Assembly (NCBI RefSeq): GCF_001194135.2
Contig: NC_069006.1
Coordinates: 23,601,713 to 23,665,712, forward strand
DNA from: Octopus bimaculoides
Lineage: Eukaryota
Length of the DNA: 64,000 bases
Direction: 5' to 3'
The notes beneath the pieces are model-generated. The model searched no databases and had not been told where the DNA came from. It worked only from the letters and a program-made list of their open reading frames with translations. The number at the start of each line of letters is the position of its first letter. Position 1 is the stretch's first letter. This document shows positions 1 to 15,000 of the stretch, piece after piece. The translations under genes were made by a program, and so were the position numbers.

Positions 1-294
1 CCACCACCGCGACCCCGCCACCATCACCACCACCTCCATCATCATCATCTCCCCTGCCACCGTCACTTGTAACAACGCCATCATCATCACCACCACCATC
101 ATCACATCCACTACCACCACCACTGTCAACAACACCATCACCACAACCAACACTACCACCATCACAACACCACCATCAACAACAACAACAACCTGAACAT
201 CACCACCACTATCATCATCACCTCCCTTACCATTACTACTACCACGACCACTAACAACAATAACATGACCATCATCACCACAACGACGACGACG

Positions 295-326
<32 letters not shown>

Positions 327-331
327 CAACA
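1..331. repeat. Degenerate (ACC/ATC/AAC)n trinucleotide low-complexity tract
   Basis: Directly visible. Confidence 0.9.
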
Positions 332-1064
332 ACGGTGCGTAGAGTTAGTAAAGAGACTTGTTAAATAATTCTTTGTGATATCAGCAACGAAATAATTGTG
401 ACAAACCACATTTCATCTGATAAAAAATTGCTTGTTTCCCATTAAAAACAAATGAAGGAGTGAAAATAGATACAGAGGCAGGGCAAGGGGTGGGGGTGGG
501 GGAGTAGGGAAATAAAGACAGGGAGAGTGAGGGTCGTGATTACAACGACAGCGTGCAGACAGGCAGGCAGAGAGGATGCCGCAAATATGTGGTTTGGTTG
601 GAGTCCAGTTACTTCGGGAAAACTTGTAGAAGTTTCAGAAAGCGAAAAAAGTTGGGAAAAACAACACTGAAGAAGGGAAGGGCTTATTAACTACAGGAAT
701 GTGTGTGTGTGTGGTTAACTTCCCAGAAACATTAAGTGTTGAGTGAACTGGAAGGACATGAAATGTAGTTTTTTTTGCTGAAGAACACAATGTGCCGCCT
801 GCTTCAGGATTTGAAACCACAATCTCATGATCATGAGTGCAGCACCCTAACACTTGGCCACATGCCTACACAACATAGACAGCTAAGAAAGCAATTAGCA
901 AAAGCTTAGCTCATGTTACTAAACCATATTTGCCAACCAGGAACAGCTAGCTGAACTTATAAGTACAAAAGATATGCATATCGTTATTATAATTGAATAT
1001 AATTTATGAAGTTAGACGAGACAAGACCCCAACTGCATCATATTAGAGAAAGAAAGAAAAATAG

Positions 1065-1076
1065 GATAATATATAT

Positions 1077-1153
<77 letters not shown>

Positions 1154-1435
1154 TATGTACATATGCATGTTTATATATGTATGTATATATATATATATGT
1201 TTATTTATATATATGTATGTATATATATATGTTTATTTATATATATGTATGTGTATATATATGTTTATTTATATATATGTATGTGTATATATATATATAT
1301 GTAAACATGTAAATATATATATGTTTATATCAAATATACATGTATATATAAATACATGTGTGTTTGTGTGTGTGTTTATATTTGTATATATATATATATA
1401 TATATACATACACACACACACATGCATATACACAT
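1065..1435. repeat. (TA)n/(TG)n compound microsatellite, representative of dozens in the window
   Basis: Directly visible; produces the YIYI/CVCV ORFs. Confidence 0.95.
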
Positions 1436-1824
1436 AACTGTTAAATGCTTCTGGCCCAACTAGGTTAGCTAACTTGTCTTCCTCTTCAACAAGCACAACC
1501 AGTTCTGTTACTGTTAATTAAATTGCACTTTTTTCTTTTCTTCTTGTTTCTTTTTCTGGGTAGGCTGGAGTGTAAACTTTCTCGCTTCCTCTTCCGTCTA
1601 TCCTATTCCAAATCTGCACACACACACGCATAATGTGGAAGACACCCACAAGTTTTTAACTGAGGACGTATATACACACACAGAAATACATAGGCACACA
1701 TACATACACACATATACATACATGTGTACAATGGGCAGAAAATAAGTATACGACCTGCTTTGTTAAGCACGAATACACAGGCAAATAAAACACACACCAC
1801 ATATATTACATATTAGATCATCAT

Positions 1825-2127
1825 CATCATCGTCATCATTGTTTAACGCCCGTTTTCCATACTGGCATGGGTTGGATGGTTCGGCTGGAGTCTGGGAAGC
1901 CAGGAGGCCGCACCAGGCTCCAATCTGATCTGGCAGTGTTTCTATGGTTGGATGCCCTTCCTAACGCCAACCTCTCCAAGAGTGTAGTGGTTGCTTTTTT
2001 ATGTGCCACCTTTATAGGTGCCAGGGGGGGGGGGGCTGGCATCGACCACGTTCGGATGGTGCTNNNNNNNNNNCAGGGGGGGGGGGGCTGGCATCGACCA
2101 CGTTCGGATGGTGCTTTTTACATGCCA
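1825..2127 (-). mobile_element. SINE-like repeat family D ((GAT)n tail, RTE-type 3' end)
   Basis: Reverse complement of the copy at 28275-28588 (ccaacccatgccagcatggaaaacggacgttaaacgatgatg). Confidence 0.75.
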
Positions 2128-3462
2128 GACAGATAGACAGCGAGACAGATAGATAGACAGACAGACAGATGTAATGTTGTAATGTGTGGGAGAGAGAGAG
2201 AGAGAATGAGAGAGAGAGACGTAGTTTCAGAACACTGTTATAAAGAAGTGGAGAATGAGTGGAAGAGGGAGAAAAGGTTAAGGAAGAGAGAAAGAGGGGA
2301 GGGAAGATGAGAGAGAGAGAAAGAGAGGGAGGGAGGGAGAGTGAGACTTATAGACATGTGGAGGTTATGCATTTGTATTGATGTGTATATGTGTAATTGC
2401 GTGTGTGTGTGAGAGAGAGAGAGAGAGGGGGAGGGAGAGGGAGAGATCGTGTATGGATGCAAATGTGTGCGATCATATGTATCTATGTACGCGTAGGTGT
2501 GTGTTTGTGTGTGTGTGTGAGTGAGATACACAGAGGTGTGTGTGTGTGTGTGTGTGTACCGCAACAGCTTCAGGAAATGGAGACCGGGAGAGATTGGAAT
2601 GAGACAGGTAGGCACACAAAGACAAACAGATGGAATGGCAGAATATATAACGTACGAAGGTCTGGCCGACGGGCGGCTATTTAAAGTCATGCGATATGGC
2701 AGACGGTGGCAGCGGTGGTGGTGGTGATGGTGGGGCCCCTGTAATAGACGCTGTCAAGGACCATTTATTACACTACATAAATAAACAAGCGAATGCTTGA
2801 AGCTCCGGGATGTTTTAGGGGTCATAGGAAATAAGGAAACTTAATAACTATCAACTCTCATAAAACACCTTTCATATTAGGGAGTGAGTGAAGATCTTTC
2901 ATACCAGGAGTGATTCTATCCGCCATCGTTTTTTTTCTCTTCAGCAACATTTACAAAATTTGCTTTAAACTTTAACGTTTTATATTTTATTATTTACTTG
3001 TTTCAGTCATGATGACCTGTCCAACTCATTGCCAGCAAGTTATGAGGACATAAACATACCAGCATCGGTTGTGACTTCTCAGTTGATTACGAGATGTCTA
3101 ATCTTGTTAAAATTATATATAAATATATTGTTTTACTGTAGTACCTTGGGCAAGTGTCTTCTGGGCCGACCAAAGCCTTGTGAGTGGATTTGGTAGACGG
3201 AAACTGAAAGAAGCTTGTCGTGTATGTATATATATATATATATATATAAGATTGACCAGTGACCGGTCTTTCTCAAATACGGATAAGTGAGCTTCTTCTA
3301 GCATTTTGACAGACCGATCACTGGTCAATCTTATATACACAAGTACTATAATCTTTTTAGGATCTGAAAAAATTTTTTTCACGAACCTTCTGATTCTTTT
3401 AATGAGCTAGTTTCCTGGTATTAAATTGATATTAATTAATATCGAATTTTTACAATATTATG

Positions 3463-3516
<54 letters not shown>

Positions 3517-6029
3517 GTATATATATATATGTATTTGTGTGTCTGTGTTTGTTCCCCNNNNNNNNNNNNNNNNNNNNNNNNNNNNNNNNNNNNNNNNNNN
3601 NNNNNNNNNNNNNNNNNNNNNNNNNNNNNNNNNNNNNNNNNNNNNNNNNNNNNNNNNNNNNNNNNNNNNNNNNNNNNNNNNNNNNNNNNNNNNNNNNNNN
3701 NNNNNNNNNNNNNNNNNNNNNNNNNNNNNNNNNNNNNNNNNNNNNNNNNNNNNNNNNNNNNNNNNNNNNNNNNNNNNNNNNNNNNNNNNNNNNNNNNNNN
3801 NNNNNNNNNNNNNNNNNNNNNNNNNNNNNNNNNNNNNNNNNNNNNNNNNNNNNNNNNNNNNNNNNNNNNNNNNNNNNNNNNNNNNNNNNNNNNNNNNNNN
3901 NNNNNNNNNNNNNNNNNNNNNNNNNNNNNNNNNNNNNNNNNNNNNNNNNNNNNNNNNNNNNNNNNNNNNNNNNNNNNNNNNNNNNNNNNNNNNNNNNNNN
4001 NNNNNNNNNNNNTTTAAATAAAAGAAACCAGTAAACTTATGGAGTGGGAGTGGGAGTGAGAGTGGTGGAGGTGGAACAGGAGGGGTGTATGGAAGCAGGG
4101 TGAGGGGTTTACAGTTAAACAAAAACATATATATAAATAAAAAACAACTGGAAAATAAATCAATAAATAAAATAAATGAAACTGAAGGAAAAAAAGAAAA
4201 CAAAACGTTAATTTCTAAAATTTGCACAAGGACACAAATTTCAGTAAGGAGTGGTGGTGGTGGGTTTGTATAGGGAGCGAATTTACCTCAGTTCATGACT
4301 GGTATTTTATGTTATTTCTGTCATCCTTGCAAAGATGCCAGGGGAAGTGGAATCCTTGATGGGAATTGAACCCTGAACACGGCTAAATACTGCTAGGCGT
4401 CTTATCTGTCACTTAGTCTCTCAGCTAATTCTTCTTACTATGATGATGATGATGATGATGATAATAATAATAATAATAACTGCTCTGATGCAGTACCAGG
4501 CAGTGGCTCTCATGGCTTCTGATCTTAACTGATTGGAAGTGTTATCATCGACATTCTTTCGTCTTGGTATAAAAGATGGCCTACAGCAAATATTCTGCTC
4601 AATACCACAGATTTGCTGGTCATTTGTTTGACCTTAACCAGTTGAGCATGTCCCTTGGTGGCTGACATTATATAAAAATGTATATAAATATATAAACAGA
4701 TACTTATGTGTGTGTATATAATATATATATATATGAATAAAGATACAAATACATATACATGCATATATATAAATACATACATATCTGTATGTGTGTGTAT
4801 ATACAAACACACACGCACGCACACACATATACATGTCTATATATTTATATACGTACATATACACATGCACACATAGATATACATACATACACAGTCTCAC
4901 ACACATACTCATACATACATATATAAATACATACACACACACACATATATATGTAAACACACACACACACAAATGTGAGAGAAAGGAAGAAGCAGACAAT
5001 GAATCTGTTTATTTTTAGTAATAAAAATATACAAAGCCACCATTTTTTCCAGCAACATGTCACATTAGCATTTCAACTATTTCAAAGAATTTCATACATA
5101 ACCAACACCAAATTCTTCAAACTCAAACTCTGAGAGGAGTTAGAAATACCAAAAAATATCAAAAATCACCCCCCCCCCCCCCCCNNNNNNNNNNAAATAT
5201 CCTCCTACCTAGCACATTTTTAAAAAAAAATAAACAATATGTATTTATATTATCCTGGTAAATATCACATCAAACCTCCTGAAAGCCTTATCTACCATCA
5301 GAGTATTACATAAATTGGCTTTGGCAGAGAGAAGGAATTCATGTAGGTCACCCATTTTCATCTGGTTAAGTTTATATATATATATATATGTGTGTGTATA
5401 AAGATATAGTTATGTATGTATGTCTGTATCTATCTATCTATCCATATAGAGGGACTGGGGAAGATGGACACATACACCCCACAGACAGACTAGCGCACAC
5501 ATGCATGCACACACATATACATACAGTCTAACACACACAAACACGCACACACACACACATGCACAAGTGCACATACACACACAGATACACCCACACATCT
5601 ATAGAAGTGTACATGTGTACACATGCATACACATGTATACGCACACATTTGTACACACATGCACACAAACACAAAAGTGCATGTGCACATGAACACAAAA
5701 GTGCACACACATACATAAATATACACACACATGTATCCAGTCATACGCACACAAACTTCCTCAATCATATAATTTGGTACATAATTAACAATTCCTATTA
5801 AGAATGTAATTTGACAGCAGTAAATATTTATCCTAGCCTTTAGTAGTCATTACATATAGTTAATTTAGAATTGTTAATTAAAATTAATTAACGATGCTCT
5901 TGTTAATTAAAATTGATTAATAATAAATGAGTTCAGCACCAATCATGGTTCTAGTCAAAAATCTGTTGGAATCAAAAGAAGAAAAAAAATGGCCCATTCA
6001 CCTGTGGTAAATGGTGGTGGTGGTGGTTA

Positions 6030-6235
6030 TGATGATGATGATGATGAGAGCCAAGCGGGTGGCAACCTGAAACAGTTTGGGAACCACTGGGTTAAATGAT
6101 GATGATGATCATTATGGTGATGGTAATGATGATGATGATGAGAGCCAAGCGGGTGGCAACCTGAAACAGTTTGGGAACCACTGGGTTAAATGATGATGAT
6201 CATCATTATGGTGATGGTAATGATGATGATGATGA
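6030..6235. repeat. 94-bp tandem duplication containing a hAT-like terminus (reverse complement CAGTGGTTCCCAAAC)
   Basis: gagagccaagcgggtggcaacctgaaacagtttgggaaccactggg occurs at 6046 and 6140. Confidence 0.8.
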
Positions 6236-6914
6236 AATACAACTGGCTTCTTTCAGTTTCCGCCTACCGAATCCTCTCACAAAGCTTCGATTGCACATGT
6301 CCAAGGTACCATGTTGTGGGACCGAACCGAAGACTATGTTGTCGGGAAGCAAACTTCTTACCACACAGCCCAATTTTTAAAGAATATTTCAGCTGTGAAT
6401 AATATTTCAGGTTTGACGCATTGCTTATAATTACACACGAGGCTAACGACATGGTCATGCGATATTTTCATTTTATTGCTAACGAACTTTAATTAGTGAG
6501 TCATGAAAAATTTTATATTCAAAAAGCATGTTGCTAATGCTAATAGTTTGGAAAGCTCTGTTTTACTGGATTTAATCTAGATTGTTCTACGTGCAAGTTT
6601 CAAATCACACAAGGCTTTTTATCTTTGGTCTCTGGCGGTGGGGGAACGATAGATAAACAACTGATAATTGGAGGGGGAGGGGATTGATAGATAAATTAAT
6701 AATAATTAGAGGTGTGGGAGGGGGGAAATACAGTTGAGAAGGAAAAGAACAATGTTAATGAATGACTAATACTATCTTTTTTCCTTTTTTATGGCAATAC
6801 ACACACACATTTATTTGTATTTGTTTTGCAAGATTCTTGATGTGAAATCATGTGTTGAAGCAAATATTGTTACATTCAGGGATGGTCATCTTGTCAAAAG
6901 ACTCATGATTCTTT

Positions 6915-7231
6915 GGAGACATTCCATCCTGCAATACAAAGCCTAATGTTTCTGGCTTCATTTATGAACTTCAGTATTTCAACGGAAATAATGATGAGTC
7001 ATAAAAAGTTGAATATTTTTCACTATTTTGTATGCAACGTGAAGTTTCCCCTATTTCAGGGAATGCTATTTGTAACCCAGGAGACATTCCATCCTGGAAT
7101 ACAAAGCCTCATGTTTCCTGCTATACTGGCAATTTTCAGTATTTCAACGGAAATAACGATGAGTCACAAAGAGTTGAATACATTTCACTATTTTCTATTC
7201 AATCTGAACTTTTCTGAATATCAAGGAGTGT
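6915..7231. repeat. About 165-bp tandem repeat, two copies visible, truncated by a gap
   Basis: ggagacattccatcctg at 6915 and 7080 with colinear similarity. Confidence 0.8.
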
Positions 7232-8250
7232 NNNNNNNNNNNNNNNNNNNNNNNNNNNNNNNNNNNNNNNNNNNNNNNNNNNNNNNNNNNNNNNNNNNNN
7301 NNNNNNNNNNNNNNNNNNNNNNNNNNNNNNNTTACTTGTTTTTTTTTTTTCTTTTTTCAATTATTTATCTTGAACTCCACCACTTAGGTGAAATTTCTGA
7401 ATGCCATTATGGAAATTGTATTGTGTAGAACAGTGAGTCTCAACAGGAGTGTCACCACTGGTGTCCTAGCTGTAGCACAAGCAAGAAAACTGAGAAGTCC
7501 TAATTTTCACTCCTAAGTTATTAGCCTGGATCTGGGTGTATATGTGTGTGTATATATTTATGTGTATGTATATATATATATGTGTGTGTGTGTGTATATA
7601 TGTATATGTGTGTGTGTGTATATATATGTGTATGTATATATATGATTATGTATATATGTGTGTGTGTGTGTGTGTGTATATACGCATATATATCTATATA
7701 TACTCACACATTCATATTTATGTACACCTATGCCTGGGCAAACATATACATGTGCGCGCACACATTTGTTTACATTTTTGGAAATCATTTTATTGTGTGA
7801 AATTGACAAATATAATTTACAATAGAAATCTAAATTCATTCTCATTGAAATTCTGTTGACTCCAGAGCTCACCACAGATTGCTTGCCTCTGACTGTCACT
7901 CACAGCCAATTCCTTTGTTGTTTTACTCTTCTTTCCCCAGAGCTGTTAAACGTTGTCTGCCTCCTTTAGCCTCTGTGACTGCCACTTCATTGGTTGTTTT
8001 ACTCTTCTTTCCCCACAGCGTGACCGACAGACACACTTGTTTCATTATTATTACAAGATTGTTATTTTGTCATCATTGTATCTGCAGAGTTTTAAAGTTT
8101 GTTCCCATATTGTAAATTTACAGAATTTATAAAATTACTCAAAATCAACTCTTTTGTTCCCATATTTCTCTTGAAATGCTGCGTTTCTTTCAATTAATTT
8201 TAAACATAACGGCGGTGCATCTGCATGGCCGCAGCTCTCAGCTGAAACTA

Positions 8251-8635
8251 TTACTCTTTTACTTGTTTCAGTCATTTGACTGTGGCCATGCTGGAGCACC
8301 GCCTTTTAGTCGAGCTAATCGACCCCAGGACTTATTCTTTGTAAGCCTAGTACTTATTCTATCGGTCTCTTTAGCCGAACCGCTAAGTTACGGGGACGTA
8401 AACACACCAGCATCGGTTGTCAAGCGATGTTGGGGGGACAAACACAGACACACAAACATATACATATATACGACGAGCTTCTTTCAGTTTCCGTCTACCA
8501 AATCCACTCACAAGGCTTTGGTCGGCCCGAGGCTGTAGTAGAAGACACTTGCCCAAGGTGCCACGCAGTGGGACTGAACCCGGAACCATGTGGTTGGTAA
8601 GCAGGCTACTTACCACACAGCCACTCCTACGCCTA
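8251..8635 (-). mobile_element. tRNA-headed SINE family A, near full-length, young copy
   Basis: Head with A/B-box-like motifs (gtggctgtgtggtaag...ggttccgggttcagtccc), body, internal microsatellite and tail, shared with more than 10 copies in the window. Confidence 0.85.
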
Positions 8636-9389
8636 TATTAGGAAAAAAAAAAAGAATTTAGTAAAAGAAATTTATATCATGTCATTTAACATCAACTTAT
8701 CTATGCTTGCATGGGTCAGAATTTGTGAATGGCAGACTTTCTATGGATCGATGCCCTTCCAGTCACCAACACTCATTTCTAAGTTATTTTTTACAGAAAA
8801 CTACAGACAGACAACATTGCTTCTATGAAAGTGATGCTAGCCATCATGAGATGTCAAGTAAAGGGTAAATTAAACACACACACACCATGCATGCATGAGT
8901 CGTTGTCTGACTGGCTCCCTGTACCGGTGGCACGTAAAAAGCACCATATGAATGTGGTCGATGCCAGCTGACTTGCAACAGTATAAACAGATTAATGGTA
9001 CAAAGTGTATTGGTTTCAGAGGGCCTATGCCACTTCCTGCAGATCAAACAGGTCCAAAATTTTTTGTTTGTAATAGGCGTGGGTGTGTGGTAAAAAGCCT
9101 GCTTCCCAACATGGTTGTGGGTTCAGTCCCACTATATGGCACTTTGGGCAAGTGTTTTCTACTATAGCTGCAGGCTAACCGAAGCCTTGTGAGTGTATTT
9201 GATAAGATAGAAGCTGAAAGAAGTCTTGTTTTTCACAAATAGAGTTACAATGTTTTTGAATGACTTTTGTCAATGTTATGAATTTTTCCATTTGATAGCC
9301 ATTAGTTTTAGCTGACTGCAGAAGCAAATTGCGCATAATTTTGTTTACAGCTCTTAGTTCAGTGTCAATTTTAACATGGAGTGCAAAGT

Positions 9390-9523
9390 CGAGCAAATTG
9401 ATCCCAGGACTTATTCTTTGTAAGCCTAGTACTTATTCGATAAGTCTCTTTTTTCTGAATCGCTAAATTACATTTGTTGTCAAGCAATGGTGGTGGGGGA
9501 CAAATACAGACACAAATATATAA

Positions 9524-9567
<44 letters not shown>

Positions 9568-9720
9568 GACAAGCCTCTTTCAGTTTCCGTCTACCAAATC
9601 CACTCACAAGGCTTTGGTTGGTCCGGGGCCATAGTAGAAGATACTTACCCAAGGTGTCATGCAGTGGGACTGAACCCAGAGCCATGTGGTCGGTAAGCAA
9701 ACCACTTACCACACAGCCAC
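9390..9720 (-). mobile_element. SINE family A, diverged copy
   Basis: Colinear with 8251-8635. Confidence 0.75.
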
Positions 9721-9759
<39 letters not shown>

Positions 9760-10239
9760 TGGGTGGTTGGTGTAAGGAAGGGTATCCAGCAGTAAAAACC
9801 GTACCAAAACAAGACACAGCAAAGTCTGAAGTAGTCTTCTGCCTGGTCAGCTCCCATCAAACCGTCCAACCCAGACCAGCTGGAAGGCAAACATTAAACA
9901 ATGATCACACATTAGACGGGTGTATACATATTTATTGACACAGCGTCAGTTACAAAGACAAGTGTTCCAGTTGATCTGACCTTCCCAGCCTGCTCATGAA
10001 GTTAACACACAAGTGGCTGAGGACTCCACACACACACACACACACATAAATGACGAAACATCGATGTCTGTTGCTCTGAGAAAGGACCTATGTGAGTTGT
10101 CTAGTTTCACTCTGACTTACTTTTGGATTGCTTTATTTTTTCTACACCAGGTGCATACAGAATATAGTCTCTTACGCCGAAAAAGACAGCCAACTCACGA
10201 ACTAACAACACACATACCTTGTCTATGTGCGTTGGATTT

Positions 10240-10435
10240 TGTCCATGCTGGTGGCATGTACAAAGCACCATTTGAACATGGTTGATGCCAGTGCTGGCTG
10301 ACTAGTCCTGTGCTGATGGCACATAAAAAGCATCATTTGAGCATGGTCATTGCCAGTGCCACCTGACTCGTTCTCACGCCAGTGGCACATAAAAAACACC
10401 ATTCAAGCATGGTTGATGCCAGTACTGGCTGACTT
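10240..10435 (+). mobile_element. Cluster of family D 5' sub-repeats (gccagtgc...tgact...gtggcacataaaaagcaccat)
   Basis: Three related sub-units in tandem. Confidence 0.6.
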
Positions 10436-12057
10436 GTGAGTGGTTTTGGTACACAGAATCTGAAAGAAGCCTGTTGTGTATATATCTATGTATGGCTTTG
10501 CCCCACCCCCCCATTTGACAACCAGTGTTGGTGTGTTTACATCCCTGCAACTTAGCAGTTTTGCAAAAGAGACTGATAGAATAAGTATTAGGTTTAAGAA
10601 GCAGGTTTTCCATCCCTCTAAGTTTTAGATATAGTCCACACAGAATGACACCCAGGACATTGTAGCCGTGAGCCAATCAGATCATTTGATTGGATTTGCT
10701 AGACAATGTATGCGTGTGTAGCCTTGTTGTGATACATTAATATTTGTGAATGAGCATCAACTGTCTTACAAGTGAGGTTATAGTAAAAACATGGCAACAG
10801 GAAGGACATCTGGCTGTAGAGAAATTTCCCCAACTGGTAACAACCATCATCTGACTTATGCAACCAGGGATAAATGGACGTTTAAACTGTGACGATGACT
10901 TGGTCCTCTAAACACTAAATTTGCTTCACCAACATTCTAGTCTTTCAAACTCCGAGAAACAGCAGTCAAATCTCCCTCAAATCACATCCTACTGTCTGAA
11001 AAGAAAAAGATATTGAATGATTTAGTCTTAAATACATTGAAGAAAGAAAGAAAAAAAACACAACTGGAATATTTGTTTGGGTTTGTTCAGTTTTTAAATC
11101 GTATTTCACAAAACAGATGCAACAATTGCTAAGAGTTAAACCACACAACTCGGATATCATTAACCACAAGTTGTATGGAATTCATTTGAGACTTAAAGCA
11201 AGATACTAGACACAGTAAACCAAAGATGGGTAATCCAGTCTTCCCTGGTCTTTTCAATAACTCTTCTTTATGACACCGAGCACTGAATGCATTCAGAAAC
11301 ACTTAAAACTTCGTGCTTTTCAAGTTTTCCATTAGAAAAAGTCTAGAAAAGTCCTATCTGGAGAAATTGACGCACCAAATCAGTTTCGTAACTTTCTGAA
11401 AAAGATTTTTAAATGAATTTTTACAGGGACAAGTCATCTGAGGGTTGTAGATTACAAATATGTTGTTAGAAATGAAGGAGAGGGAAAATGCCAAGGAACT
11501 TTCCAGATCATTCTAGACTTCACAAGACTTTTTAATTTTCATAAATCAAATTTTGCTGAGAGACGTTTTCGACAGTGTAAATTTAAAAACGATAATGTTT
11601 GTATCAAAATCTCGTGCATTTTTTGCCTTCTCCATTTTCTAAAACGATTCTAAAACACAGGTTGGTAGGTCGCGGTTGGAACCTGCTGAATCAGAGAGAA
11701 AAGTATATTGTCCATTATAATGGAGGACTCAAATACGCAAGCAACCACCCTCTCCTGTTTTCCAAAACCTTGGGTAGCCTTTAAATCTGTAAGGTTGCTA
11801 TCCTAGAGAAAGTAGCCGAATTTTCCTCAAATCACACCCTGTCGTTTCAAAAAACATTTAGCTTGTTATGTATTCAACATATGTATTTATGTGGGTAACC
11901 TCTAAAAGTAAATAGTTCGGCATGCTGGCGACTCCACACCCAGGCGTTTTTGGCATACTGCATATATATATTACGGAGATGTACTTGCATAGCAAGTGAC
12001 CTGATCTGAGATTGTGTGCTGAAACAAAAACAATTGCAACTTCCACGCTGCAATTAT

Positions 12058-12091
<34 letters not shown>

Positions 12092-15000
12092 CACTGAGGT
12101 CTTCCATTCTGACTGTTTCATCCATAATTCATTAGATGCATACACTTCAAGTATTTCGCAGAAATATGCTTTCTGGTGGAGATAAGATAATTCTTACGTT
12201 TCATAATAAATAAATGTGAACAAAACAAGGGGAGAATGTTTGTGTAAATTTATGAAAATTGGTGGTAATGAAGCTTGGAGCAGCAGAGAGGAAGAACGGC
12301 CTAATAAAAAATTTGTTCAACATAATCGGAATTTCTGCAAAATTTCATTAAACCCCAACCACCGAAACAAAAAAAAAACCATGCATTCTTTGAAAAGGTG
12401 AAATCGAAGGTGGACGCAACCAAACTAGTTATGCGCTTGTTTTAAAATGATGGTGATATATATATATATATAAACCGGTTGATCGATAATAAGTTGATCA
12501 TGGATGGATGGAGGGGGGGACTGTAACTACAAGAGTAATAATATGGAACGAGTATCATCTCTAGTCCGCAGAGGATGTAGAGCGAGGGTGCGACAACTCC
12601 CTCGTACAGACCAGAGATTCTTCCCATCAATATATGTATTTTCGGTGACAGCAGGTAGAAAATACATATATATGTTACAGATAAAAAGTTTCAATCAAAT
12701 CCTCAGAAAATAACCGTCTTTTAAAGAAAGAAAAAACTATGAGGGGGAGGAAAGAGAGACAAGAGACAGAAGCCATGTTGCGTGTGTCAAGACTAAGGAA
12801 AATTCGAGAGAGAAGAATGGCGAGTCTAGCGTGTGAGTGAGTGAATTAGAGATAGTTGTAACTGTCGAAATATATAGTCCCCCAAAATAGGACGTTACGG
12901 CGAGAGGGCTACAACAGGCGTATTATTTGAATGGTGACATTATATACCAACTGACATTTTGACGGAGAAAAACGCTTACGTGGTCAATCGTTTGATGCGC
13001 TAGAAATAACAGCAAAACCAATTCATCCTCCTGTCTTTAAAAAAAGAGAGAAAGAGACAATGAATATAGAAAAGGATTCCAGCTTTGACGAACTGGTCTG
13101 TGTAGACGAGATGGCCAAGGATGGAACGATCAAAGCTGTCATACAATTGGTATTTTTAACAATTATAATAAATAAATTTTAAAAGAAAATCCCGAAAAAC
13201 AAATCTGTGGGCGAACATTTTTTTTTTAAATCAAAATATTAAAAACTTAAAATTCTCCGGCACTTTTACGCTTCCGAATTCAAATCTTGCCGGAATAAAA
13301 CTTCGTTTTTATCATTCCGGGGGTCGTTGGTGTAGACTGACCCCCACCGTTTCCTCTTAAAATTGCTGGCTTTGTGCCTAAATTAGAAACTTAATATTAA
13401 ATAATAAAAGAAAGCTACCCCCGGGCAGTTAGAGGGAGGATGGGGGCTTGAGAAACCATCAAAATGATAGCTGCTAAATTATTAACGAATTAAAAAAGAT
13501 ATGTAGGTTTTCATTCAAAATTTGACCTTTACACAGCAAAAACTTAAAAAGCCGCAATGACAAACGATCTAATGAATGAAATGCGGGGGAAGAAGCTTCT
13601 ATAATACCCAGGTTGCTGACCGCCGTTGTAGAAAGAGGCCGCATCATTCAGATTGCACACCCTGAATAAAAACGGGGATGAATTGCACTAGATAGAGGGT
13701 AGGTTTTAAATAACGCTTATACACATTTTATATATTTATTCTTCTGCCGGAATGCGGCCTCCTAGGATTCAAAGAGCAATTTATAATCGACCCCGGTACT
13801 TCCTCATCTCCATCAATCGTTTGAAAAGATACGTAGAAAGAACGACACAACAGCAGTTTTAGATTTAAACCGAATAGACGGGATGGACACGGGTGGAAAC
13901 TATATGCAACAATGACTTAGTCATTATACTTGTAACCTTCCACCTAAAACGTGATGGTCACTACTGGAACGCCAGTTGATCATTAAAACGCTGCTTTATT
14001 CAGAGCCGAGAATACGAGCAAACGCGCGAGTGAGCCACAGAACGGTTGCTGGGAATACTAAACACAGCAGCCAAATCTCTTCTACTGTCTTTGAAATAAG
14101 GAATGGCTTATTGGATGTGGTTGGGGCTAAACAACAACGATATCGATTTAAAACAAGTCTCATGAAATAATGACCGAGCAGCAGATTTGATGTATATATT
14201 ATTAGTAGGTAGGAAACACTTGGATTAATAATAATAATGGCAGTCTGAGATTACACGTCGTGTCTAAATAAACGGATAGTAGGTAGGACTGGTAAAAATG
14301 CCTTGGAGCTTAGCTTAGGTCTGTTGTACAGATTTTATTCAGATTCGGGGCTAAACAATACGATATCGACGATTAAAAACTATATAAACCGAACAAAATG
14401 ACTGCTGAGCAGCGGTAATGTCTGTAGTAGGTTTGTATGAAGAAAGATGTTGGTGACTAAATGGTAATATTGTAAAGTAAGCAACATGGCGTCATGTTCA
14501 GTAGATTCTAGAACTTTAAGTGGGAGAGGAGGGGGGGGGGGATTACCGATTTCCTTCTTAAACACACAGCAGTGTAATTTGAAGTACATAATATCATGAA
14601 ATAACTGAATATTTCTGTCTATTAAACAAAATGATGAAAATGTATTGAAGAAAAAAAAAACTGATAAAGAAACAATACGAAAAAAATAAAATCTAATTAG
14701 AACTGAAGAGTTAATTTCATTAGAATTCAAGTCATTAGGACATGGAAACGGTTTCAAAAAATTTTTTTTGGCATATAATGCAGATATTCTAGCGATAAAA
14801 TATCTTTCTACATAATTTTCAAAACGCTATATATAGTTTGACCTATGACCAAAAGGTTTCGAGTCGTGACTACACTGCCTCTCTTTATTTTAGAAACCAA
14901 GGACATTATTTAATGATAGATCGGGATGATATTTGATTGCTAATTAACTTGAGCAGCAGACATATGCGAAGATGTTCCAAACGTGGCTACCCTGTCACTT

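Noticed and set aside
2020-2120. Duplicated ggggctggcatcgaccacgttcggatggtgct
   Set aside because: The copies flank a 10-N gap; likely an assembly artefact
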